Notes: generated by a model from the sequence alone, not told the origin. A stretch of DNA of 64,000 bases from Candidatus Eiseniibacteriota bacterium (GCA_963823555.1 CAWGMA010000002.1:224001-288000), one strand, 5' to 3'. Positions 1 to 10,580 are shown, numbered from the stretch's first letter. Numbers and translations: made by a program.

Positions 1-685
1 GCAGGATGGCGGCGAGCGCTCGGCGCAGGTTCGGCGAGGCGGTCGGGAGGACGCCCGCCGGGCGGCCCACACCCGTGTAGCGAAGCGGGAGCGAGACCAC
101 GTAGCCCTGGCCGGGCCGGAGCGGACCGGCCGTCAGGGTGGGCTCGAATCGCATGTCCCCCGTCTTCCACATCGGGTGGATGTCGAGGTCGAGCGTGAAG
201 CGTTCGATGTCGCCCTCGCGATCGGTGAACGCGAAGTCGTGATCGAGCAGATAGGAGTCGCCTCGTGGCACCAGGATGTTCGCGAGCCGGTAGACGAGGA
301 TGTAGGTGATCGTGGTGTGATCGAAGGGAGGATCGTCGGGCTGGCGGCTCCGCCAGCGTAGCGTGCGCGAATCGGTCCAGTCGTAGTTGTTGGTCACCGA
401 GAGATCGCCCCGGTCGAGCCGGGTCTCATTGCCGTCGGCATCGATGCGAGTGATCGACTCGAAATCGAGCTCCTGGCCGCGCGCGAGGCGGAAGATGCGT
501 TCGCCCCCGTTCCAGTCGCCGGTGAAGACCATGACCTGGCGCTCGACGACATGGAGCCGGCCGTCGGCGTCGAGGTGGGCCTCGACCGCGAGCTCGGGCC
601 AGTGGAGCTCGCGTTCCTGGGCCCCTGCTGGGCGCGGCGAGGCGGAAAGGACCACGGCCATGAGGAGGAACACGCGGAGGCGCAT
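1..685 (-). CDS. DUF2207-like membrane protein, N-terminal part (runs off the window start)
   Basis: Manually translated from the ATG at 685: signal peptide MRLRVFLLMAVVLSASPRPAGAQ, then ELHWPELAVEAHLDADGRLHVVERQVMVFTGDWNGGER, typical of a DUF2207 N-terminus. The frame stays open to position 1. Confidence 0.7.
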   Translation of the reverse strand, partial: MRLRVFLLMAVVLSASPRPAGAQERELHWPELAVEAHLDADGRLHVVERQVMVFTGDWNGGERIFRLARGQELDFESITRIDADGNETRLDRGDLSVTNNYDWTDSRTLRWRSRQPDDPPFDHTTITYILVYRLANILVPRGDSYLLDHDFAFTDREGDIERFTLDLDIHPMWKTGDMRFEPTLTAGPLRPGQGYVVSLPLRYTGVGRPAGVLPTASPNLRRALAAIL

Positions 686-797
686 GCGGCGAGGATACAG
701 GAGTGGGGGCTGTAGGTGCGGAATCGTGGTCCGGGTCTACCGGTGCCTTCCCCCTCCGGCTACGCCTGGCCCCGGAGCGGCTCGGCCTCGCCCAGCA

Positions 798-860
798 GGC
801 GCTCGGCGGGCGCTCGCCGGGTGCTCGGCGGGTGCTCGGCGGGTGCTCGGCGGGCGCTCA
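798..860 (+). repeat. 11-bp tandem repeat (GGYGCTCGGCG, about 5.7 copies)
   Basis: Directly visible units at 798, 809, 820, 831 and 842, plus a partial unit at 853. Confidence 0.9.
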
Positions 861-965
861 TGCGCCTGCTCTGCGCAGCAGGGTTCGGTCTAGGAGCATG
901 GTGAAGTGGGTCACCGGCGCCGACGTGTTCTGTGAAGCTGGTTCACGCTAGCTTCCTCTCTCGCA

Positions 966-1145
966 GCAAACGCGTTCGTGACGAGATCCGCCACCGCCAG
1001 CCGCAAACGCGGTCGCCTGCACACGGGAAGACCCACATCCTGCAAACGCGTTCGTCCATCCACCCTCTGCTCTCCGCTGATCGCCCCGCTGCGCCGCTCC
1101 ACCCACCACGGTCGCTATCCGTCTTTGCCCTGCAAACGCGTTCGT
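966..1145 (+). repeat. Cluster of four 14-bp near-palindromic repeats GCAAACGCGTTCGT
   Basis: Copies at 966-979, 1003-1016 (variant GCAAACGCGGTCGC), 1042-1055 and 1132-1145. Confidence 0.85.
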
Positions 1146-1907
1146 GGTCAGGCCCGCCCCCTGACAGCATCGCGTCCGCTCTCAAGAGGACACGTGCCCC
1201 GGCCAACCAGGCCCCCGCCTCGCGCGAGCGCTCCAACTCGCTCGCAGCGCGGTCGACGGTAAGCAACGGCGATCGTGTCTTCTTCATCGATATCATCGAC
1301 GGCAGCCAGACAAGCTCCCACCTTTGTCCGCTGCGCCTCTCTCCTACATCAGACAGAAGGAGCACGGATCATGCCGAGCCTTCAGCGAGAATGAGCCACC
1401 CCGAGGCTTCACGAGGCTATCCCACGGGGTCTGATCCACGCCACGCCCGCTGACCGCCAACGCCGTTGTCACTACTGCAACCTGCGTTGACGGTGGCGGA
1501 GACAGGATCATCGTGGCCGACCAACGTCGCGGCAGGCCGCCGCCAGCTGGATCGCGAGCCAGCCGAGGGCGAACTGGTTGATTCCGCACGTCATGAGCGG
1601 CCGATCACCACGTAGGCAGTTACGGCAAGGAAGCGACCCACAGGGCGGGGCAGCCGGCTCCCCCGCGGATCCTCCGCCCATCCGGAATGGTCCGGTTGCT
1701 GGGGGGAAGGTCACCATGGCCCCGTATCTCACAGTTCTACTTGAGATATCCCACAGTAGCGCAGGCAGCCCGCGGGCCGGGCCCGTGTGCTTGGCCTGCG
1801 GGCCACCTGCGCTCCCCGTCCTCCCCGAATGACCCTAGGTTCATCACACTCCCGCACCCTCCGTCACTCATGGATCACAACGAAGCGAGCGGTACGGAGG
1901 CCAATAG

Positions 1908-2864
1908 CTAGAACCTCCTCCAGTCTTGGAATAGACCATCAGTATGGCGGAAGGTCACAACGGCTTGCGTTGCTAGGTCGATGATGGCGGAGTTGCGTCC
2001 TTCATTGAAGCAGAGCTTCGAGTCATCAGGCGACCAGGTTGGAAACCGACCCTCGACAATGAAGACTGGCTCGCCTGACGGGATCTGCAAGATGTAGATG
2101 GCCGTATCCCCCGATTGCACCGCCCCGACTCCGAATGCCAGTGCATCCTGGGTGCGGGCCCAATCCAGGTGGCCTGGATTGATGCCGAACTGTTGGCCCC
2201 ACTCGGCGTCAAGGACGGTCGTGACTTCGTTTGTGCTCAAGTCAAGGACGCGGATGGCACCACCCTCCGTGAACGCCATGAGGTCTGCGCCGGGACTCAG
2301 TGTTGGGTAGCCCAGTGAGCCAGTCGCGGATGTGTAGATCAGTGACGTGGCTCCACCAACTGCTGGAATGGTCTCGATCGTGTTGAGTTGAATATCAACG
2401 AATGCGATCTGGTCGCCGAGCGGTGACCAGGCTGGAAAGAAGAGACTACTGCTTCGATCCAGCAGAACTCGGGCATTGCTGCCAGTGGGCACCCCTCCCA
2501 CAACTTCCACATCGATCAGCCAGAGATCGAAGCCCATTTCGAATGCAATGGTGCTCCCGTCTGGAGACCAAGATGGACTACTAATCATATGCCCATCGCT
2601 CTCGAAGATTGTTGTGATGCTTGATCCATCGTCGTCCATGACCTGCAGATGGAAGTCATTTGCGGCCCAGATGGCGTAAGCAATTGCCGGCTCCGCCGGC
2701 GTCGGGGGAGGTTGGGGGGGCTTCTTCTCTAGGGACGACTGAGCCTCAGGCCCGCTCACCAGACCCGGCCCCGAGCCGTCCTGGCAGCCGGCAACCAGCG
2801 CGACAAACAGAAGTGCGATGACCCAAGGCCAATCGGCCCTGATGAATCTCGACATGCGGTCCAT
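1908..2864 (-). CDS. TolB/PD40-like beta-propeller lipoprotein
   Basis: Lipobox LVAG-C, Pro-rich linker, repeated P-x-WSPDG-x-x-IAF blades, and a GGAGGG RBS upstream. Confidence 0.85.
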   Translation of the reverse strand: MDRMSRFIRADWPWVIALLFVALVAGCQDGSGPGLVSGPEAQSSLEKKPPQPPPTPAEPAIAYAIWAANDFHLQVMDDDGSSITTIFESDGHMISSPSWSPDGSTIAFEMGFDLWLIDVEVVGGVPTGSNARVLLDRSSSLFFPAWSPLGDQIAFVDIQLNTIETIPAVGGATSLIYTSATGSLGYPTLSPGADLMAFTEGGAIRVLDLSTNEVTTVLDAEWGQQFGINPGHLDWARTQDALAFGVGAVQSGDTAIYILQIPSGEPVFIVEGRFPTWSPDDSKLCFNEGRNSAIIDLATQAVVTFRHTDGLFQDWRRF

Positions 2865-3200
2865 TGTGCGACCCTCCCTTCCTACTTACAGGACATGGCT
2901 TGCGGGCCAAGAGTCGTGGCCGCGCAGCCCAGCCCTGGCTGTACCACCTGCACCGTGGCTCGAGATCCTCACAAATCTCCTAAATCCGGCAAATCGGGAT
3001 ACCTGTGGCGAATGCTAAGCGCCCGTCAGAGAGCCTGTTGCGCCGGTTGTGCGCGGCCGTGGTAGCCAACCAAGTTCCTCCCCGGTTGGGATCGGCGTAG
3101 CGTAGGATGGAGTCGCAGTGGCCGGAGGGGCAAGACGGATCCGTCCCTGATTCGTGCGACCTACCGGCCCAGCGGGACCCCGTGGACGGAGGCGTTCCCC

Positions 3201-6200
3201 ATGGCCGACTGCTGCCGGATTGAGCTCCTGGGCGGTTTGCGGATCATCCATGGTGAGTCCGCGATCACGCGGTTCGCGACGCGCAAAGTCGCCGCCTTGC
3301 TCGCCTATCTTGCCCACCACTGCGATCACACGCACTCCCGCGAAACCTTGAGTGAGATGCTCTGGCCTTGGGCACCTCCGGCGGCCGGACGCAACAGTCT
3401 GAGCACCGCGCTTTGTTCCCTCCGCCGCCAGCTGGAACCGATTGGAGTGGCGCCGGGATCCATACTGCTTGCTGACTACAGTACGGTGTGCTTGAACCCG
3501 GATACGATCAGCACGGATGTGGCGGAGTTTGAGGTCGCCATAGCGCAAGCTAACAAGACCGAACTCCCTGACCGAGTACGGTGGCTTGAGGAGGCGATCG
3601 CACTCTATCGCGGAGAGCTTCTGACAGGGTTCCATGAGCCCTGGATTGCGCCAGAGTCAGAGCGCCTGGCGGCGCGCTTCATCGGTGCGACAGAAGCCCT
3701 GGCGGACATTCTTGTCGAGCAGGGGAAGACGGCAGAGGCCATCTCCCATCTAGAGCACGCGATTGCGTTCTCGCCGCTCCTCGAAGCTCCCTACCGAAAG
3801 CTCATGGGCCACTACGCGGCGATGGACTTGCCACAGGTCGCCCTGGAAGTCTACGATGAGTTGAAGACAGCGCTAGCTCAAGCCCGCGGCACAGAGCCAT
3901 CCACGGCCACACAGGAACTGGTGTACGAATTGAAGCGTCTGGCCGTGATGCCGCGGGCAACTCCTCGCGCGGCCCACCGGCCGGCGAGACGGACCACTGT
4001 CGCCCCATTGCCGGCAGGAACAGTCACTCTTCTCGCCATTCGCATGCCGGATGGAGCGGCTGGGGCAGGAGATGTGCCTGCCCTGCGCCAGGAGTTCCGG
4101 CAACACGGGGGAATAGAGATCCCATCCCCGCTTGACACCATTTCGCACATCGTCGCCTTTGCGCGGGCCGGTGATGCACCCACCTGCGCTGCCGCCTGCC
4201 AGCTCACCGCCTCTGCGGCACACCCAGCCATGGCCGTTCATACGACCGATGTTACTCTTGAACCCGATGGCACCTATCCGCACGCGGCGCTTGAGCCAGC
4301 ACTGACCCTCGCCACCGCGGCACACTCATCACAGATCATGTGCTCCGAGTCGGCAGCTAACATGATCCGGCACGGACTCAACGGCGGCCTCCGTCTTATT
4401 GAGCTCGGGACTTACCGCCTCCGTGGAACTGTACGTGCTGAACGCATCTGCCAGCTCGACTATCCGGGCGGTCCGGATGAGCTGCCGCCGCTTGGAGCCG
4501 AGACGGGGTACAGGACCCACCTTCCGCTCCGCCTCACACGCTTCTTCGGCCGCGAGCGCGAGATGTCGGAGATTGCGGCGTTACTCTCGGGCAACGCGCG
4601 GCTCGTGACGCTGGTGGGAGGGCCCGGATACGGGAAGACGCGGCTGGCAATTGAGACAGCGAGCCGGATGACCGTGACCTTCTCGGGCCGCGTTTGGTTC
4701 GTGTCGCTAGCGGACTTGCGCGAGGGTGGAGACATCCTCGATCGAACCCTCGACCCGCTTGGGATTGCCCGCTCGCCTCACGCAACACCATTGGAACAGA
4801 TCGCTGCCGCCCTCGGCGACGCATCAGCCCTCATCATCTTCGACAACCTCGAACAGCTCCTTCCTGCACCTGGCGCTCTCTCCGCTCTTCTTCAACGACT
4901 TCCACAGCTCCACTGTCTGGTCACGTCACGACGCCGCTTGGCGCTACCAGAAGAGCATGTCTGTGCAGTGGCTCCGCTGCCGTTATCTCGCGGTATCTCA
5001 CCTGAGGAGCTCCTAGCCAACGAGAGCATTCAGCTCTTTGTCGATCGCGCACAATTGGCATGCGCGGACTTCATGCTGACGGTTGACAATTCGGCCATTA
5101 TCGTTGATCTCTGCCAACGCCTAGAAGGGATACCGCTAGCGATCGAACTGGCGGCTGCGCGCGTCAACGTGCTTGCACCCTCCGAGATCCTGAAGCGGCT
5201 GGGCGAACCTGATCTCCTCACGAGCAGAAGCGGGGATCAGGACGAGCGTCATCGCTCGCTCAGGATGGCGGTCGCGTGGAGCTATTCGCTGCTCTCGCCC
5301 GAACTTCAGCGGTTCTTCTGCCAGCTGTCGGTATTTCGTGGCGGCTGGACGGCGGACGCGGCCGAGGCAGTCTGCGAGGAACCGATGGCACTGGATCTTC
5401 TGACAGAGCTTGTCGAATGCTCGCTCATCAATGCAGAGCATGGTGATCAACCTCGATTCCGCATGCTCGAGATGATCAGAGAACTCGCTCATGGCCGACT
5501 CGAGGAGGTGGGTGAGCTTGAGGAGACAAAGAACAGACACCTTGAGCACTACTATGCTTTTCTCCACTCGTTTGACAGAGAGTGGGCAGGGCCAAATCCG
5601 AAGACGGCCCTCGATCGCGTGGAGGCCGATCTGGACAACCTTCTCACAGCGATGGACTGGTGCGATATCGCACCAGATGGTGTGGCAAAGGGCCTGTCCC
5701 TCGCGGGAGCACTGTACTGGTTCTGGACAGCGAGCGGTCGCGTGCAACGGGGCCGATCAATGATAGATCGCGCCCTCCGGCGGGACCCGAGGGCAGCCCC
5801 GGCAATCCTGAGAACGCAGGTGATCAACAACGCCGGGCTCCTCGCTTTTGAGAGCGGTGATTTCACGGCGGCGAAGGTCCTGCATGAACAGGCGCTTGCC
5901 TTTTGGAGATCGCTCGGAGACAAACAAGGCATTGCTGCCTCCCTGCACAATATCGCCAAGATTCTCAGGAATCAGGGTTCCTACGCCGAGGCCAAGCAAC
6001 TCGCCAACGAAGCTCTGACGATCAACGAGGAGCTGGGTAATCGCAACTGGGCAGCGCTTAACCTCGTTGAGATTGCGTTTGCAGAGTTCTATCTTGGAGA
6101 AGCAAGAAGGGCCCGAGATTCTCTGAGACGTGCAGCTGAGATCCTCCTTGGGCTTGGCGATCTCCGCCAATACTGCTACGTTCTCGCGGACCTTGGGGAA

Positions 6201-6695
6201 ATGAACTGGGAGTGTGGGGATTACAGCGACGCACAAGATGCACTTCTGAACGCTCTGGCATGCCTTGAAGAGGTTGGCGATATCGCATTGCTGGTCAGCA
6301 CTCGACTCTCTCTCGCCAAGGTCCATGCGTCCCTTGACCAGCTCGAGCCGGCCAAAGCACTCATCGGCGAGTCACTCCCATTCGTGAGGAAGTGTGAAGC
6401 GCACTGGGTCGTCGAGAACGCCTTGCACGCAGGTGCGGTTCTATTATTGGCTCAAGCGCGAAGGCCATCAGAGGCAGACGCCCAGGCGGCTTTGACGAGA
6501 ACCGTGACTCTGATCAGCGCAAGGCACGAATCAAGAACGAGAAGAGCGTCAGTCGTTCCGCCGTCGCCCCTTGATCGAGATCTCGAGATGCTTCGATCTC
6601 GACTCAGTGCTCTCGACTTCCAGATCGCGTGGGAAGAGGGTGGGTCAATGTCCATTGAAGAAGCCGTAGGCAAGCTAGAGGGTTGGCTCGGCTGA
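3201..6695 (+). CDS. AfsR/SARP-family STAND regulator: wHTH-BTAD, degenerate cyclase-like domain, NB-ARC-type ATPase and TPRs
   Basis: LLAYLA...SRETLSEMLWP wHTH, BTAD (ALYRGELL), Walker A GGPGYGKTRL, LIIFDNLEQL, LEGIPLAIELAAA and C-terminal TPRs. Confidence 0.9.
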   Translation: MADCCRIELLGGLRIIHGESAITRFATRKVAALLAYLAHHCDHTHSRETLSEMLWPWAPPAAGRNSLSTALCSLRRQLEPIGVAPGSILLADYSTVCLNPDTISTDVAEFEVAIAQANKTELPDRVRWLEEAIALYRGELLTGFHEPWIAPESERLAARFIGATEALADILVEQGKTAEAISHLEHAIAFSPLLEAPYRKLMGHYAAMDLPQVALEVYDELKTALAQARGTEPSTATQELVYELKRLAVMPRATPRAAHRPARRTTVAPLPAGTVTLLAIRMPDGAAGAGDVPALRQEFRQHGGIEIPSPLDTISHIVAFARAGDAPTCAAACQLTASAAHPAMAVHTTDVTLEPDGTYPHAALEPALTLATAAHSSQIMCSESAANMIRHGLNGGLRLIELGTYRLRGTVRAERICQLDYPGGPDELPPLGAETGYRTHLPLRLTRFFGREREMSEIAALLSGNARLVTLVGGPGYGKTRLAIETASRMTVTFSGRVWFVSLADLREGGDILDRTLDPLGIARSPHATPLEQIAAALGDASALIIFDNLEQLLPAPGALSALLQRLPQLHCLVTSRRRLALPEEHVCAVAPLPLSRGISPEELLANESIQLFVDRAQLACADFMLTVDNSAIIVDLCQRLEGIPLAIELAAARVNVLAPSEILKRLGEPDLLTSRSGDQDERHRSLRMAVAWSYSLLSPELQRFFCQLSVFRGGWTADAAEAVCEEPMALDLLTELVECSLINAEHGDQPRFRMLEMIRELAHGRLEEVGELEETKNRHLEHYYAFLHSFDREWAGPNPKTALDRVEADLDNLLTAMDWCDIAPDGVAKGLSLAGALYWFWTASGRVQRGRSMIDRALRRDPRAAPAILRTQVINNAGLLAFESGDFTAAKVLHEQALAFWRSLGDKQGIAASLHNIAKILRNQGSYAEAKQLANEALTINEELGNRNWAALNLVEIAFAEFYLGEARRARDSLRRAAEILLGLGDLRQYCYVLADLGEMNWECGDYSDAQDALLNALACLEEVGDIALLVSTRLSLAKVHASLDQLEPAKALIGESLPFVRKCEAHWVVENALHAGAVLLLAQARRPSEADAQAALTRTVTLISARHESRTRRASVVPPSPLDRDLEMLRSRLSALDFQIAWEEGGSMSIEEAVGKLEGWLG

Positions 6696-6856
6696 ACGGG
6701 GAGCCTCAAGCTCCGCGAGAATCGTCTGCAGAGCCGACGGGAGAAGGGTCGTCACCGTGGATTACCGCTCCGCGCCCCGTCCGACGAGGCTGATTCTCGA
6801 TCCTCGTTTCCGACACGAACCCTCAGGAGTTCGGAGCAGCGTCGGCGGAACTCCGG

Positions 6857-8482
6857 TCAGGGTGCCGGCTCGCCGGCGCTCTCCTCGCGCTCGAGGATGA
6901 CGAGGGCGTAGCGCTTGCGTGCCGCGAGCTCGGGGGAGGCTGCCGCGCGCGCCCCTCTGAGCCCGGCGATGAGCGGCTCGATCTCGCTCCGCATGGTGAC
7001 GATCGCCACCGGGTCCGCGTCGACCGGCCAGGTCGCCTCGCCCGAGGCGTCGACCGGGAGGCGCGGCGCGTGGTCCCGGTAGTTGTAGAGCCCCACCCGA
7101 TCGAGGCGATGGCGGTAGACCGGCAATCCGCCCGCCCGCGCGGCCTCGATCGCCGGGAGCAGGAGCTCGGGCGACTTGATGCGGTTCACCCTGAGCTTGA
7201 GCGCGCCCTGGATCGCGACGATGGCCGAGGTGAGCCCGATCGCGAGGACGAGAGCGGCCAGCTCCCGCTTCCTTCGCAATGGTAGTAGTGCTGCGATCCC
7301 GCATGCCGCCGCGGCGAGCGCGAGCCAAGCGTTTGCTCCCTCGACCGGTATCCAGCGATTGATGCTCGGCACGGGAAGACCAATGGCGATGAGCGACAGA
7401 GCGGCCCACACGCCGAGCCCGATCGCCGCCCCCCGCCGGGCCACGGTCGATTCGCCGCGGAGGAGCCACTCGAGAACGAGTCCCGCGACCAGCGCGAGCG
7501 CCGGATAGACGGGCAGGAGGTACTTGGGTTCCTTGCCGGCAATGGCCGAGAACACGACCAGCGACCCGATGGCAAAGATGCCGGCGACCCGGAAGAACGG
7601 CGAAACGCGATGCGCATGGCGGCGGAAGTCGGCGCTCAGCCAGAAGCCGAGGAGCCAGGTCCAGGGCAGGAAGCCGAGCGGCAACCAGATCAGGTAGAAG
7701 AGGGGCGACCCGGCGTTGATGTCGGGGGCGGTGCGCACCCGTTCCATCGATTCCGTGTCGAGGATGGCGAGGATCTCGGCGAGGCCGACGCGCGCGATGA
7801 GAAGCGCCGTCCACGGCAACACGAGCGCCAGTCCGACGACCATGGTGACGGCCAGCACGGAAGCCTGTCGTTTGATCGCTCCGCGCTCGACGAGGGCGAT
7901 GGCGAGGGTCGAGGGGAGGATGAAGAGCGCGAGGACGGGTCCCTTGAGGAGGAGCGCGGCCCCGGCGAACGCGCCGGCGAGGATGGCTGCCCACATCCAG
8001 CTCGCGTCGCGGACCGCGCGCCACTGCCAGTACAGCATGCCGAACACGGCTGCCATGAGGAGCGGATCGATCTCGGCTTCCTGGGCGCGATCGCGAAAGA
8101 AATAGGCCGACAAGAGGATGATCGCCGACCACACCCCGGTCCTGAGATCGGCGCCGCGAGCGCCGATTGCAACCACCGCGCCGGCGAGGAGGAGGCACGC
8201 GAGAGCGATGGCGGTGCGCCCGGCCAGGGCCGATTCGCTGCCGGCGACGGCATAGGCCCCGGCGATGATCCAGTAGGTGAGCGGCGGCTTGGCGAGATAG
8301 GGTTCCTCATCCAGCGTGGGCAAGACGAAGTCGGCGCGCTCCCGCATCTCGATCGCGGGCAGGAGCCGCTGCACTTCGTTGATGTTGATGACGTCCTGGA
8401 CTCCAAGGTCATAGGCGAGAGAGATGAACGCGACCAGAACGAGTCCGGCCAGGAGCCAGCCGACACCGATGCGTTCACTCAC
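6857..8482 (-). CDS. ArnT/PMT_2-family (GT-C) membrane glycosyltransferase
   Basis: P-Y-x-x-KPPLTYW motif, LLKGPV, FLPW, KEPKYLLP and many TM helices. Confidence 0.85.
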   Translation of the reverse strand: MSERIGVGWLLAGLVLVAFISLAYDLGVQDVININEVQRLLPAIEMRERADFVLPTLDEEPYLAKPPLTYWIIAGAYAVAGSESALAGRTAIALACLLLAGAVVAIGARGADLRTGVWSAIILLSAYFFRDRAQEAEIDPLLMAAVFGMLYWQWRAVRDASWMWAAILAGAFAGAALLLKGPVLALFILPSTLAIALVERGAIKRQASVLAVTMVVGLALVLPWTALLIARVGLAEILAILDTESMERVRTAPDINAGSPLFYLIWLPLGFLPWTWLLGFWLSADFRRHAHRVSPFFRVAGIFAIGSLVVFSAIAGKEPKYLLPVYPALALVAGLVLEWLLRGESTVARRGAAIGLGVWAALSLIAIGLPVPSINRWIPVEGANAWLALAAAACGIAALLPLRRKRELAALVLAIGLTSAIVAIQGALKLRVNRIKSPELLLPAIEAARAGGLPVYRHRLDRVGLYNYRDHAPRLPVDASGEATWPVDADPVAIVTMRSEIEPLIAGLRGARAAASPELAARKRYALVILEREESAGEPAP

Positions 8483-9782
8483 GGTGAGTTCTCCAGGTGC
8501 GGGGGATGAGGGCGAGTCCGAGTCCGGTCAGGAGAACGCAAGCGAACACGATCGTGTCAGCGGCCCGCGCCTGGGAGAGAAAGGCCAGGGCGACGACGAG
8601 TGCGATCGCCGGCAGGAGCAGGGATCGGCGGAGGCGCCGCCCGCCCTCGCGATAGCGCAGGACGAGAAGGGCAGCCGCCGTGGATGCGTATTGCATGACG
8701 ACCGCGAACACCGAGATGGCGAGGAGCCGCTCGAACACGGAGGCCCAGGCGAAAGCGGCCGAGGCGCCGGCCGTGAGGAGGATCGCAGCCACGGGTGTTC
8801 CGAACCGGGCGTGACGGGCCGCGAGGCGCCCGGGCAGGAAGCCGTCCTCGGCGAGCACGGTGAGATAGTGCGCCGCCGAGAGCGCGGTGCCGGCGTTGTA
8901 ACCGATGATCGAGATGAGTGCGGCGGCGGCAACGAAGGTCGCGCCGGGGGCTCCGAAGACGGCGCGCGCGAGGTCGGACAGCGGTCGCTCCGAGCCGGCG
9001 AGGCGCGCCGGTCCCGCCGACACGCAGAGCTGGAGAACGATGTAGACCACAACCGAGAAGAGGAGGGCGCCGACGACCGCGAACGGCACCGCGCGCCGCG
9101 CGCCCTTGACCTCGCCGGCGATGATGGGCGCCACCTCGAAGCCCTGGCAGGTGAACAGCGCCATCCACAGGGCCGCGGGAAACCCCGCCCAGGAACCGCC
9201 GGGCGGTGAGAACACCTCGAGCCGCGCCGGTTCGAGGCGCGGCACGACGACGAGGGCGAGGAGGATGAGAGGTGCAGCCTTGGCGATCGTGAGTCCGGTC
9301 GAGACCCGGGCTCCCAGGCGTACTCCGCGCACATTGACCGCTGCCAGGATCGCGATCACGACGACGGCGACCACGTGCGCGGCACCCGGGCTCCCGGCGG
9401 CCGGAATGAACACGGCGAGATAGGCGGCGATCGCCGAGGCCACTGCCGCCCATGAGATGATCGCCGTTGCCCAGGCTACCCAGCCCACGGCGAAGCCCAG
9501 GCGCGGCCCGAAGGCGGCGGCCGCGTAGAGATAGGGACCGCCGTCGCGGTCGAAGCGACGGCCGAGATCGGCGAAGGCGAGCGCGATGAAGGAGAGCCCC
9601 ACCGCGCAAGCAGCGAAGCTCCAGACCGCCGCCGGACCGAGGAGGGCATCGATGTGTCCGGGCAGGAGGTAGATGCCGGAGCCGATGATCGCGTTCACGC
9701 CCAGGCAGAGGACATCGAAGGCCGTGACCGGGCGCCGGCGGGACGCCTGGACAGCCGGCGATGGTGGGGGTGAGATCGGCAT
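8475..9782 (-). CDS. APC-family amino acid permease
   Basis: IIGSGIY, GGPYLY and GFE...AGE motifs, with about 12 TM segments. Confidence 0.9.
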   Translation of the reverse strand: MPISPPPSPAVQASRRRPVTAFDVLCLGVNAIIGSGIYLLPGHIDALLGPAAVWSFAACAVGLSFIALAFADLGRRFDRDGGPYLYAAAAFGPRLGFAVGWVAWATAIISWAAVASAIAAYLAVFIPAAGSPGAAHVVAVVVIAILAAVNVRGVRLGARVSTGLTIAKAAPLILLALVVVPRLEPARLEVFSPPGGSWAGFPAALWMALFTCQGFEVAPIIAGEVKGARRAVPFAVVGALLFSVVVYIVLQLCVSAGPARLAGSERPLSDLARAVFGAPGATFVAAAALISIIGYNAGTALSAAHYLTVLAEDGFLPGRLAARHARFGTPVAAILLTAGASAAFAWASVFERLLAISVFAVVMQYASTAAALLVLRYREGGRRLRRSLLLPAIALVVALAFLSQARAADTIVFACVLLTGLGLALIPRTWRTHRE

Positions 9783-9854
9783 CGGCTGGAGATCGCGGTC
9801 AGCGGACCCCCGGCGCGACTGATGGGCAGGCGCGCCGGGGGAGCCGGCTCTTGG

Positions 9855-10520
9855 CTAGATCTTCTTCTTCGAGAAGTACCAGTCGGTCACCTTGATGTCG
9901 GTCATCTTGACCCGCTCGTCGGCGGCCTGCGTGGTCGTGGGCGGTGGCACGATGACCTCCTGTCCCGGAGTCCAGTTGGCCGGGCAGGCGACACCCTTGG
10001 CATCCACCGTCTGCAGCGCATCGATGACGCGCATGATCTCGTCGAAGTTGCGCCCGACATTCAGCGGGTAGTAGATCATGGCCCGCAGCACGCGCTTGGG
10101 ATCGATGAAGAAGACGCACCGCACCGCGGCGGTGGCTGCGCTCGCAGCATGCACCATGCCGTAGAGCTGCGCGACCTTCATGTCGAGATCGGCGATGATC
10201 GGGAACTTGATCTTGACCCCGAACTTGTCCTCGATGTTGCGGACCCAGGCGATATGGCTGTAGACCGAGTCGATCGAGTTGCCGATCAGGGCCACGCCCT
10301 TCTTCTCGAACTCTTCGAAGCGCTTCCCGAACTCGATGAACTCGGTGGTGCAGACCGGAGTGAAGTCGGCGGGATGGGAGAACAGGATCACCCACTTGCC
10401 TTGCTGCCAGCCCGAGAGCTTGATCGGGCCGTGGGTGGTGTTGGCTTCGAAGTCGGGCGCCGGCCCGTTGAGCTCGAGGCGCGGGCGTTCGGTCGCTGGA
10501 GGATTCATCGTGGTCGTCAA
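9855..10520 (-). CDS. Peroxiredoxin, Prx6 subfamily
   Basis: FSHPADFTPVCTTE active-site motif, YYPLNVGRNFDE and CPANW. TTG start with an AGGAG RBS. Confidence 0.95.
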   Translation of the reverse strand: MTTTMNPPATERPRLELNGPAPDFEANTTHGPIKLSGWQQGKWVILFSHPADFTPVCTTEFIEFGKRFEEFEKKGVALIGNSIDSVYSHIAWVRNIEDKFGVKIKFPIIADLDMKVAQLYGMVHAASAATAAVRCVFFIDPKRVLRAMIYYPLNVGRNFDEIMRVIDALQTVDAKGVACPANWTPGQEVIVPPPTTTQAADERVKMTDIKVTDWYFSKKKI

Positions 10521-10580
10521 GTCAGGTCTCCTTGATTGGGGGATCCGTCATTTATAGAGGGTTCGGCCACTCCGTGATCG

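Noticed and set aside
966..1145. Possible CRISPR array
   Set aside because: The repeats are only 14 bp with irregular spacing, and there are no cas genes in the window.
932..1900. Protein-coding genes among the short ORFs at 0.9-1.9 kb
   Set aside because: No RBS, motif or codon-bias support; treated as non-coding or decayed sequence.
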